A DNA stretch of 40,957 nucleotides from Malassezia furfur (taxonomy: Eukaryota). The stretch lies in assembly GCA_052055015.1 (NCBI GenBank), contig JBQJIT010000049.1; one strand, given 5' to 3'. Numbering within the stretch: the stretch's first letter is position 1; every line of letters starts with the position of its first letter. Made by a program: the position numbers and the translations under genes. The notes beneath the pieces were generated by a model. It saw nothing but the letters and a program-made list of their open reading frames with translations, ran no database searches and had not been told where the DNA came from. Positions 1-9,932 of this stretch are shown in pieces.

Positions 1-1
1 C

Positions 2-3000
2 ACACGCACCCGGGCGGGGCGCCGCACGCACCGCCGCACGCACCGCCTCGGCGTGCGCGTGCTGGGCGTGGCGCGTGTCGTGCTGCTCGAACGAGCCAAG
101 TAGGTCCATGGTGTCCGACGCGCCGTTCAGGCGCACCGTGTCGAGTGGCGCGCCGCTCACGTCCGCAAGCAGGTGCACAAACGCCGACTTGCCAGCGCCC
201 GCGCCGCCCACGACGATCGTCAGCCAGCCGAGGCGCACGGCGTCCGCGGCGGCCTCGAGGCCCGCGAGCTGCGTCGGGGGCAGCGCGAACGACGCGGCGC
301 GCGCGGGCAGCGGCGTGCGCCCACGCTGCAGCCACGTGTGGCCCAGCAGCGCATGGCGCGCGTCCAGCAGCGCGCGCGGCGCGTCCAGAAGCCGTGCGGC
401 GTCGCCCGTGCCCATGTGGCGCACAAACAGCGCCGCGACGCGCGCGCGGTCCTCGGGCGTGCGGAAGCGTCGCGCGTACAGCGCCGCGAATGACGCCGCA
501 GGGTCGTGCGCGGTGGGTGTGCCGAGCGGCGCCTGCATCAGCGTGAGCCAGCGGAGCAGGTCGCGCAGGTTGAACTCCCACGGCGCGCCGGCGCTGCCGA
601 GCTCGTGGCGCACCGTCGCGGACTGCAGCGCGTCGTTGAACGCGACCATCTTGGCGAGCGTCGCGTGCGGCACCGCGGGAAAGAGCTCGGTGCAGATCGC
701 GAGCGCGTCGCCGGCGTTCAGCTCCGCGACGTGCACCTTGGTGAAGCGGTTGAGCAGCGACTTGGGTAGCCCCTTGCGTGCGCCGCCCTGGTGCTGCGGG
801 TTCTGCGCGGCAAAGATGCGGAACGCGGGGTGCCGCGCAAACTCGCGCCCGATCTCGGGCACAAACACCGTCCCGCGGTGGTCCAAGCACGCGTTCAGGC
901 CCTCGAGCACCGTCTGCGACGCGAGGTTCATCTCGTCCAACAGTACCCAGTGCCCCGCCTGCATCGCCTCGAGGAACGCCGCGGGGCGCCACGCAAACTC
1001 GCCGGGGCGCCCGCCCTCGACGGGCAGCTCCGCGCCAAACAGGTCCACGAGCTCGGTCTGCTCCGAGAGGTTGATGCGCGTCAACACGTGCCCGGTCATT
1101 GCCGCAAGGCTCGCGATCAGCGACGTCTTCCCCGCGCCGGGGCTCCCCTCGAGCAACACGCTGCGCCGCGGCACCGCACACGCACGCAGCACGCGCATCG
1201 CATTCTCGGCCGTGGTCGGCGCCCGCAGCGCAAACGGCACGTCCGCCGCCGCGCCGCGCGGCTCCTTGGCCAGCGCGTAGGGGCCGACGTACAGGTGCGT
1301 CGGCGTGTCGCGCACCTCGCACCACCCCTCGGTCGTGAGCTCCGCAGGCGCCACCAGGCGCGCCGCCTCCGCCCAGCACCGCGCGCGCAGCTGCGCAAGG
1401 CCCGCGGCCGACATCGCCGCGGTGCTCGGCAGCGCGCCGAGCCCGTCGATCACGACAAGCGCGGCGCCTTGCGCAAATGCGTCGGGCGGCGCGAGGATGT
1501 GCGCGGTGTGCATCGCACACACAAACGCCGCCCAGCTCAGCAGGTCACGCACCCCGAGGCCCGTGTGCTCCACGCCGCCGAGCTGGTGCGCGACGAACGT
1601 GACGAACGCGAGCATCGGCTCGGTGAACGCGCGCAGCTCGGGCGCGTCCACGGGCCACTGCGCATCGAGGATCGCCGCCAGGTCGCCGTGCGCGTCGACG
1701 GCCGGCACGTAGATCTCGGTGAATCGGTTGCGCAGCGCGGGACTCAGCTCCTTCTTGCCATAGTCGCCGCCGGGGTTCATCGTCGCAAGGATCTGGAAGC
1801 CGGGCACGGCGGCGATCGCCACGTCGTCCACCTGCCCCGGCTTCTCGGCAAGGACGAGCGTGCGCTCTTTTTCCAGAACACTGTTCAGCCGCTCGAGCAC
1901 CGAGTCGTCCGCAAGCGACACCTCGTCGAGCAGCATGTGGTCGCCGCGGCGCATCGCATCGACAAGCGGGCCGTCGGTCCACACAAACAGCGCCTGCGCC
2001 TGCGCCACACGCTCGAGCGCTGCGTCGCGCGCATCGGACACAGGCAGCGCAAGCAGCGTCGCGTGCAGCGCGTCCAGCGGCACATCCTGCACCTCGTCGA
2101 CGCCCGCGGCCGCCGCGGCCGCACGCGCATCGGCGACGCGCGCCGCACGGTCGCGGATCGGGCGCTGGCCACCCAGCAGGTCCGCGCTGTCGGTGTTCTG
2201 GTGGCAGCTGAACGAGTGCAGCGGGCGCTCGTACGCGGCCGCGAGGATGTCGCACACGGACGTCTTGCCTGTGCCCGTCTCGCCGACAAGCAGCACGGGC
2301 TCGTTGTGCGCAAGCGCGACCGCCGCGAGGCACACGAGGCGGCGCATGGCCGCGGTCCACACGATGTGCTGTGCCTCGGCCGCGGCACGCAGCGCACGGG
2401 CGTGCGCCTCGCCGATCTGCGCCACGACCGTCGACGCGGCGTCGAGCGTGTAGAGGCGCGTGGGGTCGATGCGCACGCGCATCACCTCCTCGATCACCGC
2501 GCGGATCGTGTCGCGGTCGCGCACGCTGCGTGCGCGCTCGGCAAGGAGCATGTAGCCCGTGTCGGCGAGCTGTTCGTACCCCACGGCCTGCCGCGCGCCC
2601 CAGCGGAACAGGTCGCGCAGCGTCGCGGCGTGCTTGTTCTCAAACACGCGCTCGGCCTGCCGGCGGCGCTGCAGCTCGGTGAACACCGCGACGATCTTGG
2701 TCGCGTACGACGGCGCGATGCGGCACCGGTGCGTGAGGATCGTCGCGAGCTCCGTCTCGGGCACGTCGTCAAAGTGCAGCTCGACAAAGCGGTTGCGCAG
2801 CGCACGCGAGAGCATCTTGCGGCCCGCGTACGCCCCCGGCGGGTTCTGCGTTGCAAACAGCATAAAGTGGGGGTGCGGACGCACTACCTCGCCCGTCTCG
2901 GGGATCAGCAGCTCGCGGTTGTCGTCCAGCAGACGGTTGAGTGCCTCGAGCACATCGGTCGGCGCAAGGTTCAGCTCGTCCAGCACGATCCAGTCGCCAC

Positions 3001-6000
3001 GCCGCAGCGCCGTGACCAGCAGGCCCTCGGTGTACACGAGGCGCCCGGCGGCATCGGACGCGTACGCACCGAGGTACTCTTGCACGTCGGTGTGCTCGTG
3101 GTTGTTGATGCGCACGAACCGGTGGCCCGTGCGCCGCGCGAGGTACTCCACCGCACTCGTCTTGCCCGCCGACGTCGGGCCCTGGATCAGCACGGGGCTC
3201 TGGCGCGTAACGAGCGTGCGCGCGAGCGCCACGAGCTTCGCCTCGACGCTCGGCGTCAGGATGTACTCCTCCGCGGGGTCGAGCAGCAGCGGGCCCGTCT
3301 CGAGCCAGAATGCGCCGATCGGCACATACGGGTGCTCCGTCGAGGGCGCCGGCGGGCGGAACGACGGCGCGAGGCGCCGCCGGTCGCGCGCGCGCGCAAG
3401 CAGGTGCTGCTCGGTCGCGGCGTACAGCTTGTCGGCGCTCTTGGCGTCGAGTAGCATGCCGAACGCCATCGTGACGCCCTCGGCGAGGCCGCGGCGCAGC
3501 CCATACTGCGGCACAAGCGCCGCCGCAAACGTCAGCGCGCGCGCGAGCGTGCGGATCGAGTAGTGGGGGCGCTCGTTGCACCCGTCGGCCAGCTCGTGCG
3601 TCTGCGCCTGCTTGCGCACCGCCGTGTACCACTCCGCGACGTCGAGCACCGCCGCGCGGTCGCCGACGGACGCCTCGCCAATGTACTGTGCCACGATGCT
3701 CACGAGCGCCTCGCGGTCCGCATCGGGGCTCGGCACGTACAGTTCGGTGAAGCGCGCGCGGAACGCGGGCGGTAGGTCGCGCTTGCCCACGTCCGTTGCG
3801 GGGTTCATGCACGCAAACAGCCGGAAATTCGGATGGCGCTCCACCGGCTCGAGGTCGCCGCGCTCGGTGAGCACCACGCTGCTCTCCTTCGACTGGAGCA
3901 GCATCGCGAGGCACTCGAGCGTCTCGGCCGCGGCGAGGTTGATCTCGTCCAGCAGAATCCAGTGCCCGTGGCGCAGCGCGTGCACCAGCGGTCCCTCGAC
4001 AAACGTAAACACAAAGTGGCGCTGCTTGCCGGCATGCACCGCGGCAAACGACGCGACGTCGGTGGCAAACGCGTCCCATTCGGCAGACGTGTCGGCGACG
4101 CGGCGCTTCTTGCGCGCCTCGCCGTCGCCGCTCGTCGCTGCGGCTCGCGCCTCGGCCGCCATGCGCGCCGACTCCTGCCACAGCTTGACGAGGCGCGGCC
4201 ACTTGCTCTGCACGAGCGCCTTGCGCTCCGCCTCGAGGAACGCCGCGTTGCGCCGCTCGGAGAAGGTGCGCGTGAACAGCGCCGTCCAGCGGTTGTGCAG
4301 CGCGTGCGCGTGCGTCTTGGGGTCCAGCGGCTTGTACGCGCCGAGCAGGTCCGCACTCTCGGTCTGCTGGCTCATGTTGAGCGCCGTGAGCGGCGTCGCG
4401 TACAGAGACGCGAGGTACTGCACCATCGACGTCTTGCCCGTGCCCGTCTCGCCGACGAGCAGCACGGGCTCGACGTGCCGCATCGCCTCGGCGACGCGCT
4501 CCAGCAGCGTCAGCGTCGGTTTCGTGAGCGCATACCGCGACGCGGACGGCGCACGCGCCGCACTGCCCGGCAGCGGCACGCGGCCCAGGCGGCATGCAGA
4601 CGCCGTGCCCACCACCAGCTCGGGAACGCGCTGCTCAAGCGCCCACCGCGCGCGCTCGGGCGAGACGTGCAGTGCCTCGGCGAGCGTGAGCAGCAGCGAC
4701 TGCGTAAACGGCGACAGCGACGCGGATGCAACCGCCGCGTCAGGCAGTGCCGCAAAGAACAGGTCGCACGCGTCCAGAAAAACGCTCTCTTGCACCAGGG
4801 GGTTGGCCAGCAGGCTCGCGGGCCGCTGTCCCTCAATGCGCCCGCACCACTTGACCAGCTCACGGAGGGTGATGCGGCGCATCCCACTCGGCGCGTCCGG
4901 CGCGCTCACCGCGTCGGCGACCGCCGCCCACCCACGCACTACGCACGCAAGCTCGCCGGGCGGGAGCGCACCGAGCGCCGGGAAGCGGTGCGTGAGGATC
5001 GCATCGACGTCTGCGGGCGTCGGCGCATCCAGCACCACCTCGCCCCAATGCTCGCTCGTGAGGAACGGGTGGCGCCGCGAGCGCGTGGCAAACAGAGCAA
5101 AGCCAGGCGCGGCCTCGACGACACCGCGCGCGCCCAGGTCAAGCACGGGGCGCGCACCCACGGGTTTCGTGGGGCCGAGCGCGTCGAGGAGCGGCGCAAG
5201 GACACTGAGCACGTCGCCCGACGCCTTGTCAATGTCCTCGAGCAGCACCCAGACGCCCTCGCGCACCGCGCGTGCAAGTGCGCCCTCGACCCACTCGAAG
5301 GTGCCCGGCGTCGTGCTGCTCGATACAAAGGAACCGAGTAGCTGCTTGCCGTCGACGCCGCTCTGGTCGCCCAGCTGGATGGTGAGCAACGGGGGACGGT
5401 TTTGTGCGCCACGCAAGCGCTGCGCCAGATAAGAGACAAAGTGGGTCTTGCCACACGCTGCCGGGCCCGTCACGAGCAGCGGGAGGCGCAGACCCAGGTG
5501 CAACGCCGCCTGTGCCAAGTGTGGCGCCAAACTCGGCGTTTCGACAAACGACAGATCGGGCGCCGGGTGCGTCGCACACACGAGCACACCGCCGAGCAAC
5601 ACGAGCGGCGGCGTGATGTGGTGGGGCTCCAGCACGAGTGGTGCCGCGTCGTCGACCGCATGCACGGGCGTTGCACAGGCGTCCCACAGCGCGGCGATGC
5701 GCCGGGCTTCGTACACGGGCAGGAGCCGCACGTCGGGCGCACACGCGAGAGGCGCGGCTTCTTCGCCGATCCACTGTGCGACCAGCTCGTCGCGCTCCGG
5801 CGGCGCAAGGCGCTCGCGCAGCGCATACACCTCGAGCGCCAGGAACCGCGTCGCGACGTCGGCGTCCGTGTTGGAAAAGGTGGCGTACAGCGCCGCGCTT
5901 GTGCCCTGCACCGCGAGGTGCGGTGCGGCGCGCAGTAGGCGGTACTGCGCAAGGAGGTCGAGGTCGACCTCGCCGGCGTTGTGCATTGCGGCGTGCACCA

Positions 6001-6352
6001 CCGGGAACAGCTCTTCAAATGCGCCCAGGAGCTGCGATAGGGTATGTAGTGCGTGGGCGCGGTCGTGCGCGAGCGCCCGCACGGCGATCTCCAGCATCAC
6101 CGGGCGGAACGCCACCACGACGTCCAGCGAGCCGCGCGCGAAATGCACCGCGGCCTCGTTCAGCAGCGCAGCGACGTCGTTGTCGCCACGCATGCATGCG
6201 TGCATGCGCGGCGCATGCTGCTCGTCCACACTCGCGGCGGCAGCACACGCACACGCACGCAGATCAATGTGCGTCTCATATGCGTCTGCACACGACGGCG
6301 ACGGCACACGCGACGGCGACGAGGCGCGTGCGTCGGGTGCCATGCTCGCCAT
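2..6352 (-). CDS. MDN1: Midasin (Rea1/Mdn1) AAA+ ATPase for 60S ribosome biogenesis, 5' part only (runs off the left edge)
   Basis: One consistent minus-strand frame from ATG 6352 (MASMAPDARASS...; alternative ATG 6343). It is absent from the ORF track, consistent with no stop in the window. Six tandem AAA Walker A motifs were read directly: GPAACGKT (~5455), GETGTGKT (~4440), GPTSAGKT (~3170), GETGTGKT (~2270), GSPGAGKT (~1135) and GGAGAGKS (~195), plus DTMDLLGSFEQ (~100). No introns seen. Confidence 0.96.
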   Translation of the reverse strand, partial: MASMAPDARASSPSRVPSPSCADAYETHIDLRACACAAAASVDEQHAPRMHACMRGDNDVAALLNEAAVHFARGSLDVVVAFRPVMLEIAVRALAHDRAHALHTLSQLLGAFEELFPVVHAAMHNAGEVDLDLLAQYRLLRAAPHLAVQGTSAALYATFSNTDADVATRFLALEVYALRERLAPPERDELVAQWIGEEAAPLACAPDVRLLPVYEARRIAALWDACATPVHAVDDAAPLVLEPHHITPPLVLLGGVLVCATHPAPDLSFVETPSLAPHLAQAALHLGLRLPLLVTGPAACGKTHFVSYLAQRLRGAQNRPPLLTIQLGDQSGVDGKQLLGSFVSSSTTPGTFEWVEGALARAVREGVWVLLEDIDKASGDVLSVLAPLLDALGPTKPVGARPVLDLGARGVVEAAPGFALFATRSRRHPFLTSEHWGEVVLDAPTPADVDAILTHRFPALGALPPGELACVVRGWAAVADAVSAPDAPSGMRRITLRELVKWCGRIEGQRPASLLANPLVQESVFLDACDLFFAALPDAAVASASLSPFTQSLLLTLAEALHVSPERARWALEQRVPELVVGTASACRLGRVPLPGSAARAPSASRYALTKPTLTLLERVAEAMRHVEPVLLVGETGTGKTSMVQYLASLYATPLTALNMSQQTESADLLGAYKPLDPKTHAHALHNRWTALFTRTFSERRNAAFLEAERKALVQSKWPRLVKLWQESARMAAEARAAATSGDGEARKKRRVADTSAEWDAFATDVASFAAVHAGKQRHFVFTFVEGPLVHALRHGHWILLDEINLAAAETLECLAMLLQSKESSVVLTERGDLEPVERHPNFRLFACMNPATDVGKRDLPPAFRARFTELYVPSPDADREALVSIVAQYIGEASVGDRAAVLDVAEWYTAVRKQAQTHELADGCNERPHYSIRTLARALTFAAALVPQYGLRRGLAEGVTMAFGMLLDAKSADKLYAATEQHLLARARDRRRLAPSFRPPAPSTEHPYVPIGAFWLETGPLLLDPAEEYILTPSVEAKLVALARTLVTRQSPVLIQGPTSAGKTSAVEYLARRTGHRFVRINNHEHTDVQEYLGAYASDAAGRLVYTEGLLVTALRRGDWIVLDELNLAPTDVLEALNRLLDDNRELLIPETGEVVRPHPHFMLFATQNPPGAYAGRKMLSRALRNRFVELHFDDVPETELATILTHRCRIAPSYATKIVAVFTELQRRRQAERVFENKHAATLRDLFRWGARQAVGYEQLADTGYMLLAERARSVRDRDTIRAVIEEVMRVRIDPTRLYTLDAASTVVAQIGEAHARALRAAAEAQHIVWTAAMRRLVCLAAVALAHNEPVLLVGETGTGKTSVCDILAAAYERPLHSFSCHQNTDSADLLGGQRPIRDRAARVADARAAAAAAGVDEVQDVPLDALHATLLALPVSDARDAALERVAQAQALFVWTDGPLVDAMRRGDHMLLDEVSLADDSVLERLNSVLEKERTLVLAEKPGQVDDVAIAAVPGFQILATMNPGGDYGKKELSPALRNRFTEIYVPAVDAHGDLAAILDAQWPVDAPELRAFTEPMLAFVTFVAHQLGGVEHTGLGVRDLLSWAAFVCAMHTAHILAPPDAFAQGAALVVIDGLGALPSTAAMSAAGLAQLRARCWAEAARLVAPAELTTEGWCEVRDTPTHLYVGPYALAKEPRGAAADVPFALRAPTTAENAMRVLRACAVPRRSVLLEGSPGAGKTSLIASLAAMTGHVLTRINLSEQTELVDLFGAELPVEGGRPGEFAWRPAAFLEAMQAGHWVLLDEMNLASQTVLEGLNACLDHRGTVFVPEIGREFARHPAFRIFAAQNPQHQGGARKGLPKSLLNRFTKVHVAELNAGDALAICTELFPAVPHATLAKMVAFNDALQSATVRHELGSAGAPWEFNLRDLLRWLTLMQAPLGTPTAHDPAASFAALYARRFRTPEDRARVAALFVRHMGTGDAARLLDAPRALLDARHALLGHTWLQRGRTPLPARAASFALPPTQLAGLEAAADAVRLGWLTIVVGGAGAGKSAFVHLLADVSGAPLDTVRLNGASDTMDLLGSFEQHDTRHAQHAHAEAVRAAVRAAPRPGAC

Positions 6353-6477
6353 GGAAGACGCGGCCGACTTTTTTTTTGGCGGGCCTCCACGCGTGGCATG
6401 TGGAGGCGGCCGCTTGCGCTCCACGGTCACGGCGCGTAGACACGCACCGATCGGCTCGTGCGTCTGCGCCGCCCGCG

Positions 6478-9400
6478 ATGAACGCATACCCCGCGGAGCT
6501 CGTTGTGCACCTGCACCCGCTTGTGCTGGTCACGGGAATCACGCGCGACAAGGAGGGCGCGCCGCGCACCGCCAAGGCGTATGCACTCCTCACGCCGCTC
6601 GACACCTTCCCGGAGGTGTGCGCAGCGCTCGCCGAGGCGCTCGCGCAGCGCGGCAAGACCCGCGTGTGGTCGCCGCCGTCCGGCTCGCCGCACATCCACT
6701 TTGTGCTGAGCGGGTATGCGTACGTGTATCCCCCCGCGAAGACGCGCGCGGCCGCGCGCATCGCATCCGACGTCGGCCGCCGTGCCGTGGCATCGCTGCC
6801 GCCGCGCTCGCCGCTGTCGCCATTGCAGGTCGGCGGGCCGCTGTTTCCTGATGGAATCCTTGCGCCTGCGTGGATCCGCAAGCATTCCGAGTACGTGCCG
6901 AGCACGCACGTCGTCTTCTATACACTGCCGCCCGCGACACTCGCCGATGACGCGGCGCTGATTGAGGCCATTGGCGAAATGCGCGCACTCGACGCGCCGC
7001 GGGGCATCCGCACTGTTGTGGTACTGATGGGTGACCGCGCGGCGCTCGCGCGCGCCGACTCGGACGCACGCATCGCGCACCTGCGCCGCGCTACGCGGCT
7101 CGAGCAGCGCGGCTCGCTGCTGGTGCTGCCGACCGACGCCGCGGACATCGATGCGTTTGTGCGGCACCTGGAGCGTACTCTATATGATGGCGCCGTCGAG
7201 TACTACCGCGAGCGCGCGCGGCATGTGCGCCGCAACCGCGCGCGGTATCCGCCGCCGCCGTCGATCGCGCAGCCGATCCTCGCCGCGGCGAGCGCCGCTG
7301 GCGTCCTGCGCCCGGGTCCGGTCGCGATGCTCGCGCCCGAGGGGTGGACGGTGCGTACGGCGGCCAAGCTCGGCACGTTTGCCGAGATGCAGGGCGACCT
7401 TACCGAGGCGCTAGCCCAGTATGCCGAGGCGTACCACCACCTGGTCCATGCCTGCCTCGGCAACACCAAGCTCTTGGCGCCGCGCACAAAGCGATGGGCC
7501 GAGGCCAAGGTGCTCGCGGATACCCTTGCGCTGAAGATTGTCAAGCTGCACCTGTACCGCCGCGCGGCGCCCGCGGCCATGCTCCAGTACGTTCAACACA
7601 CGCGGCGCATCGCCGAGCTCAGCACGGGCTGGGGCATCGGCACGTCCACGTACGAGTTCTGGAGCTGGCTCGCAAAGCAATTCCAGCTGCTCGGTGACCT
7701 CCTGCAGTACGCACTGCACCCCTCGGACCCGGCACGGGCCCTGGTGCTGCCGCCCGGCGCGCCCGAAGACACACCGGCATACACCGCCGCCGCGGCGTTC
7801 CTTGCACAACCAGGCACACACTACTACCACGCCGCGCTCTGTACGCATGAGCGTGCCGTGCGCTTCCGCGGCGTGCAGAACGCCGCCGAGCTGCCCAACT
7901 ACGCGGCCGAGGCCAAGATCGACCACGTCACGCTCGCCGTCGAGCTGCTCACCGCTGCGTACGATGCATACCGCAACGCCGGCTACACGCGCCACGCGCA
8001 CCTGGCGGCCACGCGCATTGCACTGGCCTACTTCGAGGCGCAGCAGTACAAAGAGGCGCTGCCGTACCTTGAGCGCGCCCTGCGCTGGTACCGACGCGAC
8101 GCGTGGCAGGTGCCGCGCTTCTTGCTCGCTGCGTACGCTGCGCAGTGTGCGCACGCGGTCGGCGACGAGCGTGCTGCGGTCGCATACGTCGTCGAGCTGC
8201 TCCAGCCGGTGCCGAAAGAGGTGCAGCAGGTGCAGCAGCAGTGCCTGGACGCCCTGGGCTGGCTGCTGGAGCCCAGAAGCGACGCAGACACACACGGGGC
8301 AGCGTCCACTACGGAATCGGTGGCCGAGCGTCGCAGCGATGCTCCCGCAGCGCCACAGAGCAAGGAGGACGCAGCGGATGCGCCGCCGCCGGCCGAAGCG
8401 CCCCAAGACGGCGCTGCAGTGCCCGACGCGGCACCCACGGCCCTAGCGATCGAGCTGGGATGCGCCGCCTTTGCGCGCGTCTCGGCAACGTTCGTGCACA
8501 GCCGTGCCCAGGACTCGGACGAGACACCGTTCCAGCTCGTGTGGGCGGGCGCCGCACCGCAACTCCACATCGCGACGCTGCGCGTCTACCTAGAGGGGAG
8601 CGTCGTGCCGCTCGTGTCGGTGCGCTTGGCGGACGATGCGCCGCACACCGTCGACGTCGGCACCGTCGCGCCCGACGCGACCGCCGAGGTCACAGCCTCG
8701 CGGTCGGCGCACACGCTGATCCTCACCGGCGCGCTGCGTGCGCCGCCCGGGCAGTACCTGATCGCCAATGCGCTTTGCACGATCGACACGCGCGTGGTAC
8801 AGATCGACGCGCCGCTCCGCATCGATGCCGCCACGCACTGGCTCGTCGCTTCGCGCGGCACATGGCACCGCCTCACCCTGCCACCGAGCGCCGAGCGCCG
8901 CCAAGTCGAAGTCGAGGCACCGGCGCCGGCCGTGTCGCTCGGCGCGCCCAGCGCCCTGCTGGCAGGCGAGACGGTGGCGATCCCGGTCGAGATCGGGGCA
9001 CCGCTCGCGCGCGGCGTGCTGGTGCTTCCACCGGACATGGTCGAGGCGGGCGCCGGCGTGCAAACCTCGCTGCCAGAGAGCGACAACGCAGGCCCCACCG
9101 CCGACCGCACGACGGTGCGCCAAGGGACATCGACCGTGTACCTACGTGCGCCGCAGGCCCAGGGCACACTGTACACGCGCCTGTACGGCGTCGCAAGCGA
9201 CGTGCCTGACGCGCCGCCAGTGACACACACCGACGCGCCCATCGCTGTGTCGGCCGCCTTTAGCGCGCGCGTCTCGATACAGTGGACGCCGAGCGCTGTG
9301 CCACGCACGGGGCGCCTCATGGCCGAGGTCACGTACCTCGGCACGGCGCCGATCGTCGTGGACCGTGCACATGTCGACGTGGACGAAGCCGAGTGTGTGC

Positions 9401-9927
9401 GAGTGAGCGAGGCCCTCGGCGCGGCGCAGGGCGACACGTGGCTGACGAACGACCGCGCGGTGTGGGCGTATGCGCTCAGCGAAACGCCGGGCACGCCGGG
9501 CACGCCGGCCCGCCTCGTGCTCACCTGGCACCGCCCCGAAACGCCCGACATTGTCTGCACGACGCAGCTGGGACTGCCGTCGCTGGCGCCGCCGCCGCCG
9601 CCGCCCGTACAGGTGCAGCTGCGTGCGCCGGGGCGTGCGGCGGTAAACGAGCCAATGACGATGCACGTCGTCGTCGCCAACACGAGCACTGCGCCGCTCG
9701 ATCTCCTCGTCGAGGTCGACCAGACGGACGCCTTCTTCCTTGCCGGCTGGCGGCGGCACCAGGTGGCGATGCTACTCCCCGGCGAGCAGCGCACGCTGCC
9801 GCTCCTGCTGGTCGCACGCGCCGTGGGTCTGCATATGCTACCAAAAATACGGGCGTTCGAGGTCGCGCCCGAGCGCGAGCCCGTGTCGCTCGGCGTGCCG
9901 CCGTCGGGCGTCGTCCAGGTGGTGTAG
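6478..9927 (+). CDS. TRAPPC11 / Gryzun / foie gras-like trafficking protein (1149 aa)
   Basis: Starts at ATG 6478 (MNAYPAELVVHLHPLVLVTG). The segments SPLSPL...GPLFPDGILAPAWIRKH, RTKRWAEAKVLAD and WGIG...EFWSWLAKQF, and the C-terminal beta-rich DAFFLAG...GLHMLPKIR, resemble fungal TRAPPC11. The upstream extension in the ORF track overlaps MDN1 and is not used. Confidence 0.85.
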   Translation: MNAYPAELVVHLHPLVLVTGITRDKEGAPRTAKAYALLTPLDTFPEVCAALAEALAQRGKTRVWSPPSGSPHIHFVLSGYAYVYPPAKTRAAARIASDVGRRAVASLPPRSPLSPLQVGGPLFPDGILAPAWIRKHSEYVPSTHVVFYTLPPATLADDAALIEAIGEMRALDAPRGIRTVVVLMGDRAALARADSDARIAHLRRATRLEQRGSLLVLPTDAADIDAFVRHLERTLYDGAVEYYRERARHVRRNRARYPPPPSIAQPILAAASAAGVLRPGPVAMLAPEGWTVRTAAKLGTFAEMQGDLTEALAQYAEAYHHLVHACLGNTKLLAPRTKRWAEAKVLADTLALKIVKLHLYRRAAPAAMLQYVQHTRRIAELSTGWGIGTSTYEFWSWLAKQFQLLGDLLQYALHPSDPARALVLPPGAPEDTPAYTAAAAFLAQPGTHYYHAALCTHERAVRFRGVQNAAELPNYAAEAKIDHVTLAVELLTAAYDAYRNAGYTRHAHLAATRIALAYFEAQQYKEALPYLERALRWYRRDAWQVPRFLLAAYAAQCAHAVGDERAAVAYVVELLQPVPKEVQQVQQQCLDALGWLLEPRSDADTHGAASTTESVAERRSDAPAAPQSKEDAADAPPPAEAPQDGAAVPDAAPTALAIELGCAAFARVSATFVHSRAQDSDETPFQLVWAGAAPQLHIATLRVYLEGSVVPLVSVRLADDAPHTVDVGTVAPDATAEVTASRSAHTLILTGALRAPPGQYLIANALCTIDTRVVQIDAPLRIDAATHWLVASRGTWHRLTLPPSAERRQVEVEAPAPAVSLGAPSALLAGETVAIPVEIGAPLARGVLVLPPDMVEAGAGVQTSLPESDNAGPTADRTTVRQGTSTVYLRAPQAQGTLYTRLYGVASDVPDAPPVTHTDAPIAVSAAFSARVSIQWTPSAVPRTGRLMAEVTYLGTAPIVVDRAHVDVDEAECVRVSEALGAAQGDTWLTNDRAVWAYALSETPGTPGTPARLVLTWHRPETPDIVCTTQLGLPSLAPPPPPPVQVQLRAPGRAAVNEPMTMHVVVANTSTAPLDLLVEVDQTDAFFLAGWRRHQVAMLLPGEQRTLPLLLVARAVGLHMLPKIRAFEVAPEREPVSLGVPPSGVVQVV

Positions 9928-9932
9928 ATAGG

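Noticed and set aside
5638..6477. 280 aa N-terminal extension of the TRAPPC11-like ORF
   Set aside because: It overlaps MDN1 antisense and is Arg/Pro-rich noise. The family-like sequence begins at ATG 6478.
75..6851. Long + strand ORFs (887, 618, 502, 467 and 401 aa) and minus-strand off-frame ORFs over MDN1
   Set aside because: These are Ser-rich or Arg/Ala-rich shadow frames of the GC-rich midasin CDS.
9484..9510. Short tandem 9-mer ACGCCGGGC (TPG repeat); similar GCGGGC repeats near 26590
   Set aside because: These are coding low-complexity repeats, not CRISPR or mobile-element ends.
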